From: a virus
Lineage: Duplodnaviria > Caudoviricetes
Reading direction: 5' to 3' (one strand)
DNA length: 64,000 nucleotides
Virus record (IMG/VR): IMGVR_UViG_3300033463_004542
Coordinates: 1 to 64,000 of that record
This document shows, piece by piece, positions 17,231 through 26,264 of this stretch. The notes under the pieces were generated by a model that was given only the letters and a program-made list of their open reading frames with translations, searched no databases and was not told the origin of the DNA. Both the position numbers and the translations under genes were made by a program. Position 1 is the first letter of the stretch; every line of letters starts with the position of its first letter.

Positions 17231-18210
17231 TAGTTCTGAACTCTTCTTACTCTACTATCAATGTCGTCAATAACATTCTTTGCTGAAGTACGCTCAAGAG
17301 TACCATTACCTGTATAAGTAGAAGGGCCGCCACCTTCGTCTGTATGAACAACTATAGCATAATTGATAGGATTATCACTATCGGGGAAGATAGTAAGATG
17401 TTCTACTTCGCTCCATTGTCTTCCATTGTAATCCCAACTTGCACCCGATGTTCTCTTTCCGAAATGTACCGGAATATTATTATTGATGAAATACATCAAG
17501 ATTTTCTTCGGTAACCAGCAATTCTTTTCTTCAAATGTAAATAGCCCTTTAGAATCGGGGAGGTCATATTTCTTCTCAAAATCAGTTCTAGTATCTTCAT
17601 ACTGTGCATCTTTGAGAATTAATCTATCCATTGCTTTGAATACATCTTTATGTAAATCATTCCATCTCCATCCAAAACTATTATCCGCTTCACAAGAACC
17701 GGCTAATTCACTCCAACCGAGTAAGTGTGCAGCATAGCAATAAGTTAGGAGTTTATTTTCATCTTTTATTGCTTTGACATTTACTTTGCTACCTTTGTCA
17801 CGATAATCTTTGAGTTTCTTTATAATTGCTGCACTTGGTTTGTACTGTTCAATATCAATAGTGCGGAGATGCTCCATTAACTTGTCATCTGCTTCTTGTG
17901 CTGCCTTACGCTTCGCTTCAACTTTTTCGTCATATCTTCTTTTAACTTCGGCAGGGTCCGCATAAAAGTAAATCTTACCTAAAGAAAGATAGGGCTGAAT
18001 ATATTTTGCACCAAGGGCATTCTTAAGAAGAGGTCTAAACTTATCTGCATCAGCTTGTGAAAACTTCCACATACCATTGTCAAGTGCAAAGTTAGTCTTG
18101 TCTCTATTTCTTTCTATTACATCAGGAGTTGAATAATATCCAAATCCTAGAAGTGATTTTATCATTTCAATAGTACTAACTTCTTTAGCAGCCTTCACAT
18201 AAATCTTCAT
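17230..18210 (-). CDS. Hypothetical protein with MKIYVKAA leader
   Basis: 326-aa ORF. Confidence 0.7.
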   Translation of the reverse strand: MKIYVKAAKEVSTIEMIKSLLGFGYYSTPDVIERNRDKTNFALDNGMWKFSQADADKFRPLLKNALGAKYIQPYLSLGKIYFYADPAEVKRRYDEKVEAKRKAAQEADDKLMEHLRTIDIEQYKPSAAIIKKLKDYRDKGSKVNVKAIKDENKLLTYCYAAHLLGWSELAGSCEADNSFGWRWNDLHKDVFKAMDRLILKDAQYEDTRTDFEKKYDLPDSKGLFTFEEKNCWLPKKILMYFINNNIPVHFGKRTSGASWDYNGRQWSEVEHLTIFPDSDNPINYAIVVHTDEGGGPSTYTGNGTLERTSAKNVIDDIDSRVRRVQN

Positions 18211-18228
18211 ATTGATGCCCTCTCAATA

Positions 18229-18969
18229 TTATAAGTTGTTATATTCTTCGTAGGAACCTACAAAATATTCGCTATCGCTGATTTCGCAAGCCTCATTGTT
18301 GAAGCACATACCTTCAAGTGCCTTTACCGTTGTAGACGGAGGTAATCCAATGTCCTCTTGGACAGCCCTGAGACCAATAGCAGGATATCTATCATTTGCC
18401 TTATCAAACCTCTTAGTAATGATTTGACCGTGATATGCTTCGTCTATTTGTGCACCATACTTGTTCCTAGAAGATGCTCCAAAATATTCTGAGAAGTAAT
18501 CGTCAACTATATCATAGATTAATGATATAATTGTCTGTTGTTCTATGTCAGATAAACCACCTCTAGGGCTTATATATTGAGGAATTGCTGAAATTATGAT
18601 ATCGTCAGCAGTGTGTTCTTTTAATTCTTTTCGATAATCGTCCATCAAGTCGTTAAACATATCATGGGCTACATCAAATAAATCGGACTGTCTGCTGGCA
18701 TATACTCTTGATGCAAAGATAGGGTCATTTGTACCTAACAATTCTGATGCACATATTGGATTCGGACAAGCGTCCCAAACTTCAAGAATTTCTTCTAATG
18801 AAAGATTAACTCCTTCGTCTAAGAAGAATTCTTTTATATCTCTAGCAGACCATTTTGATTTTCCTGATTCTTCAATACCTGCATCTAATTGTTCTGCAAG
18901 TTCATAAATATCATAATCCATGTCCATTCTCCTATTCAAAATAATTAAGTTTTTATTCAGATGTATCAA
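18229..18969 (-). CDS. Hypothetical acidic multi-segment protein (real start probably near 18921)
   Basis: AGGAG before MD(M)DYDIY; internal ICAS, IFAS, VYAS motifs. Confidence 0.65.
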   Translation of the reverse strand: MIHLNKNLIILNRRMDMDYDIYELAEQLDAGIEESGKSKWSARDIKEFFLDEGVNLSLEEILEVWDACPNPICASELLGTNDPIFASRVYASRQSDLFDVAHDMFNDLMDDYRKELKEHTADDIIISAIPQYISPRGGLSDIEQQTIISLIYDIVDDYFSEYFGASSRNKYGAQIDEAYHGQIITKRFDKANDRYPAIGLRAVQEDIGLPPSTTVKALEGMCFNNEACEISDSEYFVGSYEEYNNL

Positions 18970-19295
18970 TTATATAAAATTGCAGCAATTTCTTCTACAT
19001 CACGCAACTTGCCTTTTGCAATATCTAAGATACACGCAATCATATCATCTTCACTACAGGTATAATCGCAGATGATTGCACCTATGATGGCAGCGGTTCG
19101 TTTGTTTCCGTCCTGAAATCCATGACCTATAGTAATAGACCGTATTAATGCACTTGCTAACAATCTATCATCTTCGTACCATTGTTGAACACTTAATGCA
19201 GACAGTAGATTATCTTCATTTATAACTACCGACTGCTCTCCAGCAATAGTACATACAGCAATATTTACACCTACAAGTTCATCAAAAGAAATCAT
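18966..19295 (-). CDS. Doc/Fic-family toxin
   Basis: HGFQDGNKRTA Doc-type Fic motif. Confidence 0.88.
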   Translation of the reverse strand: MISFDELVGVNIAVCTIAGEQSVVINEDNLLSALSVQQWYEDDRLLASALIRSITIGHGFQDGNKRTAAIIGAIICDYTCSEDDMIACILDIAKGKLRDVEEIAAILYN

Positions 19296-19417
19296 TTACC
19301 TAACACCTTCATAGCCTTTGCATACTTTTTAATGTAAGGCATAGCCTTGTTATAACCCCTTTGTTGAGAAGCATTCATAACAGGTTTAGTTGTACTTGTT
19401 CGTCTGTAAAGTTTCAT
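19292..19417 (-). CDS. 41-aa putative antitoxin peptide of the Doc protein
   Basis: MKLYRRTSTTKPVMNASQQRGYNKAMPYIKKYAKAMKVLGK; ATGA overlap with the Doc start. Confidence 0.55.
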   Translation of the reverse strand: MKLYRRTSTTKPVMNASQQRGYNKAMPYIKKYAKAMKVLGK

Positions 19418-19472
19418 TATGCTTACTGGCCTTTCACAAAGTAATTATGTATTTTTCCACTATATCTCCTTG

Positions 19473-19838
19473 TTATTTCAATAATCTTGGTCTTAAAATC
19501 CAATTACTTGGAGGTACGCTAGCAAACCCCGGTCTAGCACCGTAGTCATAGCCTGCAGGATATTCCAAAGGTTCTTTTATCTGACAAGATATTCTCATAG
19601 GACTAAGGTCTCCGTTATCTATTTTACTGAAAATAGGGCTATTAGGATTCTGGCAATAATAGGCGTAATTTGCGCCATCCTCATCTTTGAAGTAACAGAC
19701 GTATGCTTCTCCGCCTTTACTATAATCATAATCAAATGTACTATCAGGATATAAAGTTAATGTCTTTCTAACATATCCTGCACCCGCATAATCAAATGTG
19801 CGACCTCTATTTCTATTTGAACGGATATACTTCTTCAT
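19473..19838 (-). CDS. Hypothetical protein with MKKYIRSN leader
   Basis: 121 aa. Confidence 0.65.
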   Translation of the reverse strand: MKKYIRSNRNRGRTFDYAGAGYVRKTLTLYPDSTFDYDYSKGGEAYVCYFKDEDGANYAYYCQNPNSPIFSKIDNGDLSPMRISCQIKEPLEYPAGYDYGARPGFASVPPSNWILRPRLLK

Positions 19839-19874
19839 TATGTTTCCTGGCCTTTCACAAAGTAATTCATCTGT

Positions 19875-20144
19875 TTATTCCTCTTCTCCATCACTATTTT
19901 CTTCGTTAATATCTTCGATAATTTCGTCTAAATACATATCAGTGTAGTCAGCATAATCATTTGGGCAGTTACTAATTTCCAATACGCGTTCATCAGAATC
20001 AAAATTAAAATAGACACCATAATCTATACCACCAGCGTTTATTGATACTCGCCAGTCATAAATGTCATCAAGTCCATTCTGCACCTTTTTAAGACAATAA
20101 ATTAAACTGTCTACTGTGTTTTCAATATCTGTTGTGTAAGTCAT
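19875..20144 (-). CDS. Hypothetical acidic protein
   Basis: 89 aa with RBS. Confidence 0.6.
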   Translation of the reverse strand: MTYTTDIENTVDSLIYCLKKVQNGLDDIYDWRVSINAGGIDYGVYFNFDSDERVLEISNCPNDYADYTDMYLDEIIEDINEENSDGEEE

Positions 20145-20193
20145 AGTGTGAATTCTCCTGATTTTTTATTTGTTTATTTCAATACCTTAATCA

Positions 20194-20538
20194 TCAAAAT
20201 ATAAATTTCCAACCATCTTTTTCTGTGTAAATAAAAGATAAGAATTCTCTAGTTCCATCAAATTCTACACCACCTGAAAAGCCAAAGTACCCGTATCTTC
20301 GTTCTAGGAAAATACGGGTACTATAAGATTGCTTTATGACTAACTCATCATACATCAGGTCTACAACGCTATGAGTCAATCCAATTATATTTTGTGATGA
20401 GAAATATACATATATGTCTGAGCCATAATCTTTTACTTCGTATGTAAATTCTAATTCAGGAATATTTGTTATTTCACGAATTTCCTGAAATAAGTCCTCA
20501 AATGGTATACTATCTATAAAATCTTGTTTATTTACCAT
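20194..20538 (-). CDS. Hypothetical protein
   Basis: 114 aa with AGGAGG RBS. Confidence 0.6.
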   Translation of the reverse strand: MVNKQDFIDSIPFEDLFQEIREITNIPELEFTYEVKDYGSDIYVYFSSQNIIGLTHSVVDLMYDELVIKQSYSTRIFLERRYGYFGFSGGVEFDGTREFLSFIYTEKDGWKFIF

Positions 20539-20571
20539 TTACTCCTCCTGACCTTTCACAAAGTAATTTAA

Positions 20572-20766
20572 TTATTGCTCAAACCATCCAGAAGTACTAA
20601 CCCAGTTATCAAATGCATTTTGAATAAGCGAGTCTATCTGTTCTGCATCACCGATATAGTCTCCCCACTCATTCATAAAGCTATCAGCCATATAAGAAAA
20701 CTTGTCATTAAATTCCCTGAGCATTGCCTCCGGTGTTCTTCTAATGCTGTCTTCAGGCGTCCACAT
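20572..20766 (-). CDS. Hypothetical protein
   Basis: 64 aa with AAGGAG RBS. Confidence 0.55.
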   Translation of the reverse strand: MWTPEDSIRRTPEAMLREFNDKFSYMADSFMNEWGDYIGDAEQIDSLIQNAFDNWVSTSGWFEQ

Positions 20767-20779
20767 AATTTATTCTCCT

Positions 20780-22390
20780 TTACATCTCTTGATTCTTAAT
20801 GAAATAATTCATCTGTTTATTCCAATATCTTAACCACTCATCTAATGTACTCTGAACATCTGATGTCTGGTTAGGATATGCATAATCTATTACATCTATA
20901 TATGGTTGAATAACGATTTTTATTGCATCAAGTCCGCTCTGTAAATCATATTTCTTGATGTCAATATATTCACAAGGGAAATCAAGAGTAGGAACTGTTT
21001 CGCATTTCTCTACTAATAACTCACCTAATGTATCTATCTCTTCGACTAATTCTGAATACATGTCTTCAGACATTGTATGTAACTTCATCATATCAGGGCC
21101 CGAAGACATCCAATGTATGATGTATAAGTTTCTATATGCTTGAATTGCTGCTTGGAATACTTCGCTTAATATCTTACAAGCATCACACTCTAACAGTTCG
21201 TCGCATTTTTCAATATCATAACCATCATCAGATACATCAATAGAATATGATTGAGGCTCTTCAGTTAATGTGTCGAAGAACTCATCTTGATTAATTATAT
21301 CATCAACATAATTAAGTGTATCTGCCGGAGGGCAGTTTGCTTCAAGAAGTAATACATCAATATCATCTGATGCTTGAATCTTCTTTAATGTTATGTTGAT
21401 ATGAGCAGATGCTGCTGCAGATTGTTCCACGTCTTCTTCACCTCCGTTATTTTCAGTTGAATCTTGAGCTTCTTCGGATTCATTGTTAGTTTGATTTTTA
21501 TTTTCTCCAGGTTGCTGGATTACTCTATCTAATGAAGTATCAGAATTAAGCTTTGTCTGATACCTCTTTCTGAGCTCTGCTTGAATGCTTTCTAATATAG
21601 GGCGAATCATATTAAATCCGTCTTCTATTGAAGCTTCGTTGCTAGTTTCAGAAACAGCTTCACCTTCTTCGTTTTTAAGCTGTACATCAGATTGCGCTTC
21701 TTTTTCTTCGGCTGACATCTGTCTGTCTGAAGAAACTGTTCCAATATGTTCTATATATTTGTATATCCAATCTATAACTTCGAGTAAAGTTAAGTTGTCT
21801 ATCTTACCTACATCGTCATCTCCATTATCTGTTTCGCAAATTAATTCATATCTCAATTCATCATGAGCTATGTTATACCAATCACCGGAATCATTTATTG
21901 AACATTTGCTTAAATCTACACCTAATAAACCTGTTCCGCTTGAAATAGCAGTTTCAAGTGATATGTCGTTGAATATTTCGCCCCTTTTACTTTCAGGTCC
22001 ACCATATTCATCAATCATGAAAGTGTAGTCATTAGTTTTATTGCCGTCTTCACCAACATTAGGACTAAATCTAGTACCTACAAGTTTTGTTACAGTATCA
22101 CGTAACTTTGAATCAGATTGAAGCTTTTGATAAGACAGATTATCAATTGCTTTTGTGATATCTGAGAATGCTTCACCTATATTTGTAGCAGTTATAAATG
22201 TTACAAGATTAACATCAGAATTACTACCTTTAGGTCTACATGTAAATTTTGCAGTAACGCTTCCATTCTTATTTTCTACCGAAACATCATTCATTTCATA
22301 TCCGTAGAAAATACCTTCAAAACTTCTAGTGAAATTTCCTAGAAGTTGTTGTATTATTCTAGATATATTAAATGTAGGTAATCCTGCCAT
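20780..22390 (-). CDS. Multidomain protein with C-terminal Dps/ferritin-like domain
   Basis: NLYIIHWMSSGPDMMKLHTMSEDMYSELVEEIDTLGE matches the Dps HW..G.....LH...E..Y......D...E pattern. Confidence 0.75.
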   Translation of the reverse strand: MAGLPTFNISRIIQQLLGNFTRSFEGIFYGYEMNDVSVENKNGSVTAKFTCRPKGSNSDVNLVTFITATNIGEAFSDITKAIDNLSYQKLQSDSKLRDTVTKLVGTRFSPNVGEDGNKTNDYTFMIDEYGGPESKRGEIFNDISLETAISSGTGLLGVDLSKCSINDSGDWYNIAHDELRYELICETDNGDDDVGKIDNLTLLEVIDWIYKYIEHIGTVSSDRQMSAEEKEAQSDVQLKNEEGEAVSETSNEASIEDGFNMIRPILESIQAELRKRYQTKLNSDTSLDRVIQQPGENKNQTNNESEEAQDSTENNGGEEDVEQSAAASAHINITLKKIQASDDIDVLLLEANCPPADTLNYVDDIINQDEFFDTLTEEPQSYSIDVSDDGYDIEKCDELLECDACKILSEVFQAAIQAYRNLYIIHWMSSGPDMMKLHTMSEDMYSELVEEIDTLGELLVEKCETVPTLDFPCEYIDIKKYDLQSGLDAIKIVIQPYIDVIDYAYPNQTSDVQSTLDEWLRYWNKQMNYFIKNQEM

Positions 22391-22413
22391 TATTATTCTC
22401 CTAGAAGTAATAA

Positions 22414-22447
22414 GCCCACAGGCGACCTATAAAGATTACCTGTGGGC
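22414..22447 (-). terminator. Stem-loop, probable terminator
   Basis: GCCCACAGG..CCTGTGGGC inverted repeat after 22470-22898. Confidence 0.6.
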
Positions 22448-22469
22448 AGTTGTTGGTTGATAGTGTAGA

Positions 22470-22898
22470 TTATCTACGACGAATTCTACGGGAAGCAGCA
22501 ACCTTGCGAGCTCTCATTCTACGAGCAGCTGCAATCTTGCGACCACGAACTCTTGTGGACTCCTCAACAACTTCCTCATCACCCTCAGGTGTAACGGTGA
22601 TTTCTTCGTCACCTACTGTGAAAGTAACTTCTGTTGTCTCATCGTCTACTTCATAATCAACAGGCTCACCTGTTGCTTCTGCAAGAACCTCTGCAACATC
22701 AGATGCCTCGAAAAGGATTTCCTCTTCAACAGGCTCGTCAAACTCTTCGACATCGTCAACATCGTCAATAGGCTCATCGATGATTTCATCCTCGACGAAG
22801 TCCTCATCAGCACGAATAGCTTTACGAGATGCACGAACGGGGCGCTTAGCAGAAGGAGCTGCCTTCTTGCTTGCACGTACTGTCTTTGTGAATTTCAT
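22470..22898 (-). CDS. Putative prohead core/internal protein (acidic core, Arg-rich ends)
   Basis: Charge-segregated sequence with repeated VRAS, IRAD, IAAA, VAAS motifs; adjacent to neck gene. Confidence 0.55.
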   Translation of the reverse strand: MKFTKTVRASKKAAPSAKRPVRASRKAIRADEDFVEDEIIDEPIDDVDDVEEFDEPVEEEILFEASDVAEVLAEATGEPVDYEVDDETTEVTFTVGDEEITVTPEGDEEVVEESTRVRGRKIAAARRMRARKVAASRRIRRR

Positions 22899-22914
22899 AT
22901 TCTTTTCTCCTTAA

Positions 22915-23625
22915 TTAATTAAGTGCTACTAACTTGTTCTTCTTCGCTTCAAGTTCCTGCCTTATTGCTTCTAACTCTGCATTTGCTTCTGTTAGTAAGG
23001 TTTCACCATCTAGCGATACATTAGAACCTTCCACAGTATACTTACTTCGTGTACGACCTAATGCCTTCTTCATATTTGCTTCAGACATTCTTACCAGATA
23101 ATCTATCCAAGTATCATTTTTAATCTCACTTACATCTTGATAATCAGGAACATAAGTGATAGTTACTTGGGTAGGCATTGGCTCACGATGAGATATATAA
23201 ACAACTTCATTATCTTCATCATGTTTCCACTGAAAGTCAGTAGATAATGTATTTCTAACTTGTGCCATCGCCATTTCTGTCATGATAGGGTCTATATTTA
23301 AAGACGATGTCTGACCGATGGCTGAGTAAGTATTTACTGCTGCGGCTACCTGGAATACATTTCCACTGTCGATAGAACTCATTACAAGTCCTACACGAGG
23401 ATAAGCACACTGAACATTCAAAACCTTTTTGGTTTTGATTCCCAATTCAACAAGGTCAATCCTGTGCTGAAATGGAACTGTCAAATCGACAGGTGTCTTC
23501 ATATATCGTTTTAACTCACGGAATGCAATTTGCACTGCTTGTTCAACTTGTAATTGTTCGACATTCTCATTAGAGGGGATACCGAGCATGAAGCTAACTT
23601 GCTGTACTATTTCTTGCATTGTCAT
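22915..23625 (-). CDS. Neck/head-completion protein (T4 gp13-like)
   Basis: C-terminal LGRTRSKY...VSLDGETLLTEANAELEAIRQEL typical of myophage neck proteins. Confidence 0.65.
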   Translation of the reverse strand: MTMQEIVQQVSFMLGIPSNENVEQLQVEQAVQIAFRELKRYMKTPVDLTVPFQHRIDLVELGIKTKKVLNVQCAYPRVGLVMSSIDSGNVFQVAAAVNTYSAIGQTSSLNIDPIMTEMAMAQVRNTLSTDFQWKHDEDNEVVYISHREPMPTQVTITYVPDYQDVSEIKNDTWIDYLVRMSEANMKKALGRTRSKYTVEGSNVSLDGETLLTEANAELEAIRQELEAKKNKLVALN

Positions 23626-23649
23626 AAGTCAACGTCACCTCAGAAGGAA

Positions 23650-24012
23650 TTAGCCCTGAGAAGAACCTGTGCTGAACTCAAAACCCTGGTCTTCAAGTGC
23701 AGGAGCAATCTCTCCAACATACTGAACATCAGCATCTGTTGCTTCCCAATCATAGGAACCAGCACGCATTGCTGCACGAAGAGCTGCGATAAGACCTGGA
23801 TGAGCAACCTGCTTATTGAAGAATTCCTCAGGTGTCATTCCTGCGCCATAACCATCTACGTTTGTATCGTAGTAGTTGTCGGGTGCATCATAAGATGCAA
23901 AAACCGGGTTATCAGCTGCTGCATTCGTAGGAACAAATGTAGCACAAATCTGATTAGCAGGAACTGCTGCAGAATCAACAGGCTTTGTGTAAGTAATGGT
24001 AATAGTTGCCAT
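23650..24012 (-). CDS. Putative virion structural protein (start MATITIT)
   Basis: AAGGAGG RBS before 24012; motif B at 24091. Confidence 0.55.
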   Translation of the reverse strand: MATITITYTKPVDSAAVPANQICATFVPTNAAADNPVFASYDAPDNYYDTNVDGYGAGMTPEEFFNKQVAHPGLIAALRAAMRAGSYDWEATDADVQYVGEIAPALEDQGFEFSTGSSQG

Positions 24013-24114
24013 TTCTTTTGCCTCCTTATAAGATAAAAAATTTGAACTATCTCGATGACCAGTCGAGAAAACAAATTTCACTTCTAACGCTATATAAGGT
24101 TAAATAATTTTATA

Positions 24115-24387
24115 TTATTCTTCGTCAATAGGCTCTTCTGTGAAATAATCACCAACTTCACTTATTCCAACTGCAATTGCTTCAGAAACTTTGTCAAGGA
24201 TAGCAATAGCCTCTTGGCACTTGTCTTCTCTCCAAAGCTTTTCAATTCCGGCAATGAAATAATCGAAATCATCTGAAAGTACATCAGACTTCTCATCGAC
24301 AATATCTGATAAACTCTTTGCCTTCTCTTCATCTTCGGCAGCAGTAATCTTACTGTACTTAGGATTAGGTCTAAATCTAAATTCCAT
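24115..24387 (-). CDS. Hypothetical protein with basic leader ending ITAA
   Basis: MEFRFRPNPKYSKITAAEDEE; motif B at 24432. Confidence 0.6.
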   Translation of the reverse strand: MEFRFRPNPKYSKITAAEDEEKAKSLSDIVDEKSDVLSDDFDYFIAGIEKLWREDKCQEAIAILDKVSEAIAVGISEVGDYFTEEPIDEE

Positions 24388-24492
24388 GATTAAATCTCCT
24401 TTACATAGATTTTATTAAATCATTATGATTCATAAAAGGTTTATTAAAATCGTTATATAATATAATTGTATAAGAATACAAGGAGGCCTAAT

Positions 24493-25080
24493 ATGAAAAT
24501 TCCCAAGATTGTTATAACAGGAGGCCCATGTGCCGGAAAGTCGTCTGTTATGCCGAGGTTACAAGAAGACCTAGAAAAGATGGGATACAAAGTTTTAATT
24601 GTATCAGAATCTGCTACAGACTTTTTAACACATGGAGCAAAATATAGCGACCCAAAGTTCCAACGATACTTGATAGAGTACCAACTTGAAAGAGAAAGAA
24701 TCTACGAAGATTTTGCAAGACAACAGACAGATAAAACAATAATGTTTCTAGACCGCGGATGTCTTGACTGCAAGGCGTATATGTCAGAAGATGAATGGTC
24801 CGAAGTCCTCAAGGAACTTCATACTAATGAAATAGAAGTTAGAGATAGTTATTATGCAGTATTCCATCTGATGTCTACGGCTAGAAATAAAGATTTAATC
24901 TATACTCAAGAAAATAATGCGGCAAGATTTGAATCAAGCGAAGAAGCCGCTATAGCCGCAGATGATGCAGTATATGATGTATGGGCTTCACATCCTAGGA
25001 GGGTTGTTATAGACAATTATCCTGACTTTGAGGATAAGGTCAGAAAGTTAATAGAAGAGATACTTAATATACTTGAGTAA
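24493..25080 (+). CDS. AAA_28 / NadR-Ttd14-like P-loop protein
   Basis: IVITGGPCAGKSS Walker A, ESAT, DRG..D, NAARFES; AGGAGG RBS before ATG at 24493. Confidence 0.85.
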   Translation: MKIPKIVITGGPCAGKSSVMPRLQEDLEKMGYKVLIVSESATDFLTHGAKYSDPKFQRYLIEYQLERERIYEDFARQQTDKTIMFLDRGCLDCKAYMSEDEWSEVLKELHTNEIEVRDSYYAVFHLMSTARNKDLIYTQENNAARFESSEEAAIAADDAVYDVWASHPRRVVIDNYPDFEDKVRKLIEEILNILE

Positions 25081-25121
25081 ATGCGATACATTTAATCTCA
25101 TAAGTAAGAACTAATAGTAAT

Positions 25122-25150
25122 AAACCTCCGATGCATTAGGTCGGAGGTTT
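25122..25150. terminator. Bidirectional terminator between convergent genes
   Basis: AAACCTCCGA..TCGGAGGTTT perfect inverted repeat. Confidence 0.75.
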
Positions 25151-25231
25151 AATTTATATATTATCTAAATAGCAATTAATAGGGTCAGGAGTGGCTTTTA
25201 CATAAATCTTCATAAACTATATCCCCCTATA

Positions 25232-25654
25232 TTAATCATCAAGACCCATTCTACGGAGCTTATCTCTTTCAATCTGCTCATCTACCCATCTATCATAGGC
25301 GGTATAAGTATCCTCTTCTTCCTCTATGGGCTGACCAAAATTATCTGCTTCGGCTTCTTCATATGAAGATAACTGCCATTCATTGCCATCAGATATCATA
25401 TCTTCCCAAGGACAACTTAAACATAAATCTTCCGGAATACTTGTACATTCAATACCGTTCTTTAAGAAATCGTTGATATCAAAGAACTCATCTAGCGAAT
25501 AAGGATATTCAATCTTCCAATAAGGAGTTTCGTCAGGATACCAATCACTAACTTTGATAATAGCGCCCTCGGGAGGAATAACACCTTCTTCAACAAGAGT
25601 TATTATATCGTTGAATAACTCATCATTCTTTTCACATTTAGTAAATTCTTTCAT
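25232..25654 (-). CDS. Hypothetical acidic protein
   Basis: 140 aa with RBS. Confidence 0.6.
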   Translation of the reverse strand: MKEFTKCEKNDELFNDIITLVEEGVIPPEGAIIKVSDWYPDETPYWKIEYPYSLDEFFDINDFLKNGIECTSIPEDLCLSCPWEDMISDGNEWQLSSYEEAEADNFGQPIEEEEDTYTAYDRWVDEQIERDKLRRMGLDD

Positions 25655-25665
25655 GAATAAACTCC

Positions 25666-25959
25666 TTATCTGTACTGATATACTAATTCTTCATCGTCAT
25701 TAGCATAAGGAATGATAAGGTCATAAACTCCCCTAAGTACACCATAACCTCCACGAACTCTATAGGTGCAGTTTATTCCAAGATTATCTCTTATATCGTC
25801 TATCAATCCTTGAAGTTCATCTTCGGTCCAATCTTTACCTATGCAGCAGCGATATCCATATGTAGTAGGAGTCATATCATGAAATCGGGACCATTCAAGA
25901 TAATTACAAATTCGCTTTACATTATTAGTAGTTGTACTCTTACTTGCATATATCTTCAT
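25666..25959 (-). CDS. Hypothetical protein with MKIYAS leader
   Basis: 97 aa. Confidence 0.6.
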   Translation of the reverse strand: MKIYASKSTTTNNVKRICNYLEWSRFHDMTPTTYGYRCCIGKDWTEDELQGLIDDIRDNLGINCTYRVRGGYGVLRGVYDLIIPYANDDEELVYQYR

Positions 25960-25981
25960 ACAATGTTACTCCTCAATTGCT

Positions 25982-26200
25982 TTATTTGTCCATATACTTC
26001 TTATAAATTGCGTCAAATCCGCCTTCGTATTTTTCTATCCAATCAGCACATTCTTGACGACTAGAAAATCCAGAATCATATCCATTTTCATATAAGTAAT
26101 CTGATACTTTCTTAGCCTGTTCATTATTCAAATCAGAATTCTGTGAAATGAATTTAGGACTGAATATTCCATTCCAGGAACCTTTCACATATATCTTCAT
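25982..26200 (-). CDS. Hypothetical protein with MKIYVKGS leader
   Basis: AAGGAG RBS supports ATG at 26200 rather than 26320; motifs A and B upstream. Confidence 0.6.
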   Translation of the reverse strand: MKIYVKGSWNGIFSPKFISQNSDLNNEQAKKVSDYLYENGYDSGFSSRQECADWIEKYEGGFDAIYKKYMDK

Positions 26201-26264
26201 GTGCAAACACTCCTTTATAACATAATCATATATCAATAATATAAGGTTACATGTGATATAACGA

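Larger units (their letters stand above)
19426..20568 (-). repeat. 21-bp gene-leader repeat AATTACTTTGTGAAAGG(C/T)CAG, 3 copies
   Basis: Copies at 19426-19446, 19847-19867 and 20548-20568, each just upstream of a start codon. Confidence 0.9.

Noticed and set aside
19426-20568. CRISPR array
   Set aside because: Only three repeats separated by whole genes of 400-700 bp; no cas genes.
20909-20918. Motif A-like copy inside the Dps-domain gene
   Set aside because: Intragenic, one mismatch, and about 140 bp from the next start; may be chance.
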